Positions 58,451-64,000 of a stretch of DNA of 64,000 bases are shown one piece after another. How positions within the stretch are numbered: position 1 is the stretch's first letter; every line of letters starts with the position of its first letter. The translations under genes and the position numbers were made by a program. This stretch comes from Polyangiaceae bacterium (GTDB lineage Bacteria; Myxococcota_A; Polyangia; Polyangiales; Polyangiaceae): contig JANRKO010000073.1 in assembly GCA_033763455.1 (NCBI GenBank), positions 64,001-128,000 on the forward strand, in the 5' to 3' direction. The notes under the pieces are model-generated. The model was not told where the DNA came from and searched no databases. It saw only the letters and a program-made list of their open reading frames with translations.

Positions 58451-59856
58451 CTGACAGAGGAACTGTGGAGCTCCCGAAAGACGTAGAACGCCTACTTGGA
58501 GGCTGGCCCGTACCGGAAAAACCGGAGAGCTTCTGGGAAAGCTCCGAGGCAGCTGTACTTGCGAGGATCGCTGCCAAGCCCAAAGAGAAAACGGAAGATG
58601 CTCTTTTAGGCACGCCTGCTTTGGAAGGTGCCGATGACACCGGGCAAGGCCCCATAAGTGCCGCGCGCCTCGTCCCGCCCGCAGGCGAGCAGCCGAACAC
58701 CACGCGAACGAGTCGCCCGGAGTTGAAGGTTGCACCACCACCCACCGAGGACGACGACGATCACAGCCTCGCAGATTTCGCTCGTTCTGTTGCGCCACGA
58801 AAGCCCCAATCTTCATCTCCAGATTTGAGTGCGCGTGAGCTACTGCTGAGCGCGACGCAGGCTCGCGAATCGTCGCCGGGGCTCGAGTCTCCGCCACCTA
58901 ACGCCGAAGCGTTAGCCGCCGTGGGTGCCCTCTCGGTGCAAGGCCAGGCACCTGTGCAGGCCCAAGCACCTGTGCAGGCTCAAGTTCTTCAAAGCGTAAC
59001 ACCGGCCGGGCGCGCGGGCGGGCAAACCCGAGGCATTGTCATTGGTCTTTTCGCGGCAGCAGCGGCATTTGCGTTGTGGTTTGGTCTGCAGAATAACAAG
59101 CAGGAGCCTGTAGCGGCACTCCAGAGCCCCGCACACTCAATCGAATCTTTGGAGCAACGCGCTGCGGAGCGCGCACCCGCTGCAGCTTCACCCGAGGCCG
59201 CGCCTGAGCCCATGGCTCGACGCGCAAACGAAGATCTTGCCAACTTGGATTCTGCAAAAGTCGCAGCGAAGTCAGCCTCCTCAGAAAATACGGGAGACAC
59301 CAAAGGCGGCCTTGGCCGCGTCGCCATGAAAGATGATCTCAGCCGGCAGGCCCCTGGCGGCGGTGGCTTGGAGAAGAAGGTGGTGATGGCTCCCCAGGCC
59401 ATCGAACTCGCAGAGAACGAGTCAGCAAAGCCAAGCGCCGCTGGCGCTGTTCAAAAAGAAGAAGCTGCGCCACCACAAGCTACCAGTGCCCCCGCGGAGC
59501 CCGCGCCACCCGCCGCCCCCATAGCCGCAGCACCCGCGCCCGCAAAAATGAAGCCAGCCGATAGCGCGAGCGGCGGCCCCGGCGATCTCCCGGAAAAGCC
59601 CTCCACCGGCGCCGTTCAAGCGGCTGTGGCCTCCCGGCTGGGAGCGGCGCGGTCCTGCGTTTCAGGACAAAAGGGCCCCTCCACCGCCAGCATCACCTGG
59701 AGCTCAGACGGCGCCGTCCAGAGCGTCAATGTTTCGGGGCCAGCCGCTGGCACTCCCGCTGCAGCGTGCATCAAGAGCGCTCTTGGCGCCGCACGTGTGA
59801 AGCCGTTCTCACGTACTACGTACAGCGTGCCGCTTACGATTCGTCCGTTAGATTGA
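58447..59856 (+). CDS. Single-TM putative anti-sigma/regulator with TonB-C/AgmX-like C-terminal domain
   Basis: ATGA overlap with the sigma stop; TM IVIGLFAAAAAFALWFGL; Ala/Pro linker; C-terminal AARSC..ITWSSDGAVQSV..AAACI..VKPF. Confidence 0.65.
   Translation: MTDRGTVELPKDVERLLGGWPVPEKPESFWESSEAAVLARIAAKPKEKTEDALLGTPALEGADDTGQGPISAARLVPPAGEQPNTTRTSRPELKVAPPPTEDDDDHSLADFARSVAPRKPQSSSPDLSARELLLSATQARESSPGLESPPPNAEALAAVGALSVQGQAPVQAQAPVQAQVLQSVTPAGRAGGQTRGIVIGLFAAAAAFALWFGLQNNKQEPVAALQSPAHSIESLEQRAAERAPAAASPEAAPEPMARRANEDLANLDSAKVAAKSASSENTGDTKGGLGRVAMKDDLSRQAPGGGGLEKKVVMAPQAIELAENESAKPSAAGAVQKEEAAPPQATSAPAEPAPPAAPIAAAPAPAKMKPADSASGGPGDLPEKPSTGAVQAAVASRLGAARSCVSGQKGPSTASITWSSDGAVQSVNVSGPAAGTPAAACIKSALGAARVKPFSRTTYSVPLTIRPLD
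58936..58983 (+). repeat. 18-bp coding tandem repeat (VQ[GA]QAP)
   Basis: gtgcaaggccaggcacct gtgcaggcccaagcacct gtgcaggctcaa. Confidence 0.75.
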
Positions 59857-59936
59857 AGCAGCCAGGCTTGACTAGTCGCCACTGCCGTTAGGCTCACGCG
59901 TGCCTCAAAGCCCGCGGGATCGGTCACCCCGTAGAC

Positions 59937-60200
59937 GTGCTCGGTCGCGAGCTCGCTGACGACGAAGCGCCGGACATTGCGCTCGAAATCGTCATCTCCT
60001 CAGGTGGCATCAACAAGCTCGAAGTCTACCGGGGCATTGGGGTGAGAGAAGTTTGGTTCTGGCAGAACGGGCGCTGCGGGGCATCGCGAGTGCAGCCCCT
60101 CGGCCGCGCGGAGCTTGCGAGCACGGCCGACCTTACTTCTCGCCCCATTTCGAGGAGCACCAACCAAAATGCAAGCTGCTCGCAGCCGCGCACTCACTCG
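59937..60200 (+). pseudogene. Uma2 family endonuclease fragment
   Basis: APDIALEIVISSGGINKLEVYRGIGVREVWFW is a Uma2 core; the N-terminal half is missing and the C-terminus appears frameshifted. Confidence 0.7.
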
Positions 60201-60592
60201 ATCAATTCAGTTTTGCCGAGCCTGCTCTGTTGCCTGTCGAACGTGAGCGTGGCCCGGCCGTTGCTCTCATAGCCCGCTTGGATGAGCCTATCGACCAGCC
60301 CCGATTTGCCCGACTGCCTCGCGTGCAGCACTCCCAACACGGCGGAACCAACTTCGGGCTGAACGAGACCGCTCGTGAGCATCGACAATAGCGAACGCCG
60401 GATGTCCGCGGGCGCGATTTCATAGTGGTGCTTAAGCGCGTGGTACGCTTCGGCTATCACAAGGTCACTTGCAACCACTGATTCCCTAGCGCGGTGCGCC
60501 TTAAGCAGACGCTGCTCCGCTTTGGCCGCCAAATCGGCAGGCTCGCCAATCAGCAAGCGCACCAGAACTGAGGTATCAATACCTAAACTCAA
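60194..60592 (-). CDS. vapC: PIN-domain toxin (VapC-like)
   Basis: IDTSVLV, VIAEAY, LVDRLI, TLTFDR acidic PIN residues; 132 aa. Confidence 0.9.
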   Translation of the reverse strand: MSLGIDTSVLVRLLIGEPADLAAKAEQRLLKAHRARESVVASDLVIAEAYHALKHHYEIAPADIRRSLLSMLTSGLVQPEVGSAVLGVLHARQSGKSGLVDRLIQAGYESNGRATLTFDRQQSRLGKTELIE

Positions 60593-60828
60593 CGCTTAGC
60601 CTCGCGCTTGCGCGCTTTCTCAACGCTCGCACGGATATCGGCCAGATCGTGGCTTACGTGTTTCCGTGGAGCCAGCGAACCGATCCAGGAGGTATCCGGC
60701 TTGCGGTGCTCAAAGTAGAAGGCCAGCGCCTGACGAACGATTTCGGACATGCTCGCCTGGCCGCGCTCGGACGCTATCTTAAGCTGCTCCGCGGTGGACT
60801 CGTCGAGAACAATTTGGGCGCGAACCAT
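60589..60828 (-). CDS. CopG/RHH antitoxin
   Basis: MVRAQIVLDE..LK..SMSEIVRQAL ribbon-helix-helix; 4-nt overlap with the PIN gene. Confidence 0.85.
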   Translation of the reverse strand: MVRAQIVLDESTAEQLKIASERGQASMSEIVRQALAFYFEHRKPDTSWIGSLAPRKHVSHDLADIRASVEKARKREAKR

Positions 60829-60834
60829 CAAGGC

Positions 60835-60863
60835 ATTGTTACACATCGGAGTTGTGTAGTCCA
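60835..60863 (-). promoter_or_regulatory. TA promoter with overlapping inverted-repeat operator
   Basis: Minus strand TGGACT-N17-AACAAT, 6 nt before the ATG; TACACA-N7-TGTGTA at 60840-60858. Confidence 0.55.
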
Positions 60864-61039
60864 CCCGCGCCCGGAATGGCTTGAATCGGCAGCGGGCACT
60901 TTCGAGCTCCGTTCACCACTAACAGCACAACTCGTGGAGGCATCGGGTGGCGAAGGGGTGGAAGTGCTCAGTGGCCCGCTCAGGTAGCCGGAGTCGGGAT
61001 CTGCGGAACGCCGGCATCGAGGGTTTCGCAGCGGCGAAC

Positions 61040-61061
61040 GGTACTTGTCATGACAACTACC
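61040..61061. promoter_or_regulatory. 22-bp near-perfect palindrome, probable protein-binding site
   Basis: GGTACTTGTCATGACAACTACC, with perfect 12-bp core TTGTCATGACAA. Confidence 0.5.
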
Positions 61062-61253
61062 TGTGCGGAGGGATTACCCCTGCTGTTTCCCCAAGGTCTC
61101 ACCCAGCACGGGCTCGCCCCCGGCGGCTGCGTGTCGGGCGCCCGTCCAGGGTGTTGGTTGGCGGTGTTTTTGCCTTAGGCGTTGGGGTGTGGCCCGGTTG
61201 CTGATGGCAGCTTCGGCCCTGCTCACCCGTCAAGTTGAGCGTCTCAAGAAGCG

Positions 61254-61282
61254 TTGACAAGCAGGGATCCTTCGCCCATATT
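61254..61282 (+). promoter_or_regulatory. sigma70 promoter of the small ORF-rpsT unit
   Basis: TTGACA-N17-CATATT followed by a GC-rich discriminator. Confidence 0.7.
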
Positions 61283-61338
61283 CGCCGCCCCTTCGCCCGC
61301 CGGCTCTTTGGTCGGCATCCCACGGGGAACGCTGAATC

Positions 61339-61509
61339 ATGGTCTCATCAACAAAACAAACTGATCGACGCCGGCACATTCGTGCGACCGGTGCAGGCCG
61401 CGCACGTAAGACTGCGATTGCCAATAGCTCCACTCCCAAGTTCTCGGTCCACCCGGAAGGGTATGACCCCAAGGCGCCCGACGCGAAGCCCGCTCCCGAT
61501 ACAAAGTAA
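61339..61509 (+). CDS. 56-aa basic small protein, not in the ORF track
   Basis: GGGGAA RBS, ATG at 61339; MVSSTKQTDRRRHIRATGAGRARKTAIANSSTPKFSVHPEGYDPKAPDAKPAPDTK; stop is 8 nt before rpsT. Confidence 0.7.
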   Translation: MVSSTKQTDRRRHIRATGAGRARKTAIANSSTPKFSVHPEGYDPKAPDAKPAPDTK

Positions 61510-61517
61510 GATTTTTC

Positions 61518-61781
61518 ATGGCAAATCATCCCTCAGCAGAGAAGCGCAACCGTCAACGCATCGTCACCACCTTGCGCAATCGCAGCGCAACAAGTGCGGT
61601 GCGAACTGCCGTGCGAAATGCACGCAAAGCCATCGCCGAAGGTGACCGCAAGGCCGCTGAATTGGTTGTCGCAGCCACCGCCAAGCTTGTCGCGAAAGCG
61701 GCGGGTAAAGGTGCCATTCGCGTTCAGACCGCGTCTCGCACTATCTCTCGCATCCAAATCGCTCTCAATAAGCTCGCCTAA
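61518..61781 (+). CDS. rpsT: 30S ribosomal protein bS20
   Basis: MANHPSAEKRNRQ..RNRS..SAVRTAVR..KAAGKG.I..TASR; 87 aa. Confidence 0.97.
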   Translation: MANHPSAEKRNRQRIVTTLRNRSATSAVRTAVRNARKAIAEGDRKAAELVVAATAKLVAKAAGKGAIRVQTASRTISRIQIALNKLA

Positions 61782-61793
61782 GACGAGCCACCG

Positions 61794-61846
61794 GGCGGGG
61801 CTCTTAACCCCGTCATTTGAGCGCGCACGACGCATTTCGTGCGCGC
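61794..61846 (+). terminator. Tandem hairpins after rpsT
   Basis: GGCGGGG-ctcttaa-CCCCGTC-attt, then the perfect 10-bp stem GCGCGCACGA-cgcatt-TCGTGCGCGC. Confidence 0.55.
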
Positions 61847-61993
61847 GGGGGTCAGGTAAGGCACAGCAATGTCGCTTGCGCGCGTTGCGCCTTATCCCAT
61901 GTCTGAGCGGGTAGCCACCCTGCCTGCAGCGAGACTAACATGTGCTCGCCCCTGCCGGCGTGTTGCCGTCAGCGTGCGCCATGGAGCTCCAAC

Positions 61994-63949
61994 ATGACTG
62001 CCAACTCAATTGAAACATTTGCCGAGGAAGATCGTCGCTTTGAGCCTTCGCCGGAGTTCCGCAGCCGAGCACGTATCAAGTCTCCGGAAGAGTACCAGCG
62101 GCTGTATAGCGAAAGCCTCAGTAATCCAGATACTTTCTGGCGACGCGAGGCGGGTGAGCTGTTATTGCGAAAGCCCTGGGACACTATCAAGGAATGGAAG
62201 CTTCCCCATGCAAAGTGGTTTTTAGGCGCACAGCTGAATGTCACCGAAAGCTGCCTTGATCGCCATTTAACAACGCCCACCCGCAGTAAGAAAGCCCTCA
62301 TCTGGGAAAGCGAGCCGGGAGATTCCTATTCCCTCACCTACGAAGAGCTTCACGCCAAAGTGGAGCAATTTTCGGCGGTATTACGCTCACTGGGTGTAAG
62401 AAAGGGGGATCGCGTCGCCATCTATATGGGGATGGTGCCCGAAGCCGTGATAGGAATGTTAGCTTGCGCTCGCATCGGCGCGCCCCACACGGTAGTATTT
62501 GGCGGTTTTGCGGCTGAATCCTTGAGGGATCGCATCAATGATTGTCAGGCCAAGGTGGTGCTCACCCAAGATGGTGCGTACCGGCGTGGCAGCGTCGTCC
62601 CGTTGAAGCCCGTCGTGGATCAAGCCATCCAGAAGACCCCCTCAGTTGAGAAAGTGGTCGTGTTTCGACGGCTCGGCCAGGAAGTATTTCCCATTGAGAT
62701 GCAAGCGGGCCGCGATGTCGATTGGCAAACGAGCCTTACAAACGTTTCTCGGACGGATGGGGCCGCGGAAATCGTCGACGCCGAACATCCTTTGTTCATC
62801 CTTTACACCTCGGGCTCCACGGGGAAGCCCAAAGGCGTCCTGCACACGACCTTGGGGTATCTCGTGGGCGCGCACGTGACAACGAAATACGTGTTCGATC
62901 TTCAAGACAACGACATCTACTGGTGCACGGCGGATATCGGCTGGGTTACCGGCCATAGCTATATTGTGTACGGCCCGCTTTCCAATGGTGCCACCTGTGT
63001 GCTGTATGAAGGCGCGCCGAATTCGCCCGATTGGGGGCGTTTTTGGCAACTGATCGACAAGCACAAGGTCACGATTCTGTACACCGCGCCGACGGCCATT
63101 CGCGCATTCATTCGGCAGGGCGAGAGCTTCGTGAACAAGGCAGATCTTTCGAGTTTGCGGCTCTTAGGCTCCGTGGGGGAACCCATCAATCCTGAAGCCT
63201 GGATGTGGTACCACGAGAAGATCGGCAAGGGCCGATGCCCCATCGTCGATACCTGGTGGCAAACCGAAACGGGCTCCATCCTGCTCACCACGCTGCCAGG
63301 CGCCCACGTAACAAAGCCCGGCTCCACCGGCTTGCCGTTCTTTGGCGTAAAGCCTGAGATCGTGACGCAAGAAGGCCTCAAGGTGGATAACAACGAGGGC
63401 GGCTTGCTCGTCATTCGGGAGCCTTGGCCAAGCATGTTGCGCACTATTTGGGGCGACGACGAACGCTTTCAGCGCCAATATTTCACGGACATTCCCGGCG
63501 CCTATTTCACCGGCGACGGCGCCCGTTGTGATTCCGACGGTTACTTCAACGTAGTTGGCCGCATCGACGACGTCTTGAACGTTTCGGGGCATCGCATCGG
63601 CACGGCTGAAATCGAAAGCGCGCTCGTCTCACATCCGGCGGTCGCAGAAGCTGCAGCCGTGGGTAGGCCCGATGAGCTCAAGGGCCAAGCGCTGGTAGTC
63701 TTCGTGACGTTGAAGCCACCACACACCGCTGGTGACGCCATGAAGAAGGCGCTAGGCGAGCACGTTGCTACCGAAATCGGTAAATTCGCCCGACCAGACA
63801 GCATTCGCTTTGCAGACGGGCTGCCCAAAACCCGAAGCGGCAAAATCATGCGCCGCCTACTTAAAGACATCGCGGCCGGAAAAGAGATAACGCAGGATGT
63901 ATCGACACTTGAAGACATCAATGTGTTGAACAAATTGCGGGAAGAATAG
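61994..63949 (+). CDS. acs: Acetyl-CoA synthetase
   Basis: [46 protein letters not shown] at 61994. Confidence 0.98.
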   Translation: MTANSIETFAEEDRRFEPSPEFRSRARIKSPEEYQRLYSESLSNPDTFWRREAGELLLRKPWDTIKEWKLPHAKWFLGAQLNVTESCLDRHLTTPTRSKKALIWESEPGDSYSLTYEELHAKVEQFSAVLRSLGVRKGDRVAIYMGMVPEAVIGMLACARIGAPHTVVFGGFAAESLRDRINDCQAKVVLTQDGAYRRGSVVPLKPVVDQAIQKTPSVEKVVVFRRLGQEVFPIEMQAGRDVDWQTSLTNVSRTDGAAEIVDAEHPLFILYTSGSTGKPKGVLHTTLGYLVGAHVTTKYVFDLQDNDIYWCTADIGWVTGHSYIVYGPLSNGATCVLYEGAPNSPDWGRFWQLIDKHKVTILYTAPTAIRAFIRQGESFVNKADLSSLRLLGSVGEPINPEAWMWYHEKIGKGRCPIVDTWWQTETGSILLTTLPGAHVTKPGSTGLPFFGVKPEIVTQEGLKVDNNEGGLLVIREPWPSMLRTIWGDDERFQRQYFTDIPGAYFTGDGARCDSDGYFNVVGRIDDVLNVSGHRIGTAEIESALVSHPAVAEAAAVGRPDELKGQALVVFVTLKPPHTAGDAMKKALGEHVATEIGKFARPDSIRFADGLPKTRSGKIMRRLLKDIAAGKEITQDVSTLEDINVLNKLREE

Positions 63950-64000
63950 CCTTCGAGCACCAACAGTCGCTCCGCTCGGCCAATCCAGCCCGTACCCGGA

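Noticed and set aside
60864..61250. SRP, 6S, tmRNA or tRNA gene in the long intergenic gap
   Set aside because: No diagnostic motif (SRP GGAAGG loop, TpsiC arm, CCA end) recognisable by eye; an Rfam scan would be needed.
1..64000. CRISPR array, rRNA, IS element or prophage
   Set aside because: No spaced direct repeats, rRNA signatures, transposase, integrase or phage structural genes seen.

Overview
High-GC, densely coding bacterial chromosome segment. Its gene content (TIGR04551-like barrel, DUF1592/DUF1552 pair, two Hanks-type kinases, an AgmX/TonB-C-like domain, a HARE-HTH/Mrr-like protein) points to a myxobacterium, probably Polyangiales-like; this taxonomy is inferred, not searched. 1-8.8 kb is the 3' part of an intact, translationally coupled flagellar cluster (fliO-fliP-fliQ-fliR-flhB-flhA-flhF-fliA-flgF-fliW), unexpected for this group. 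It lacks flhG and the flgG..csrA block, and has a sigma54-type site in front of flhA. The rest is mostly housekeeping (rel, hemW, trmFO-topA-dprA, murB, ppc, alaS, msrB-msrA, rnhA, ppa, Mrp, S1-domain protein, rpsT, acs) mixed with uncharacterised envelope genes (DUF1800/DUF1501, DUF1592/DUF1552, lipoproteins). Also present are an inactive-looking M48-like gene next to a patatin/DUF3376 gene, an ECF sigma with a coupled membrane partner, and a small accessory patch (Uma2 remnant, RHH-PIN toxin-antitoxin, orphan 22-bp palindrome). Items missing from or not resolved by the ORF track include a 56-aa basic ORF under a canonical sigma70 promoter just upstream of rpsT, and a receiver-domain remnant at 52.7 kb. 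No rRNA, tRNA, CRISPR array, transposase or integrase was recognised. All calls come from motif recognition by eye.
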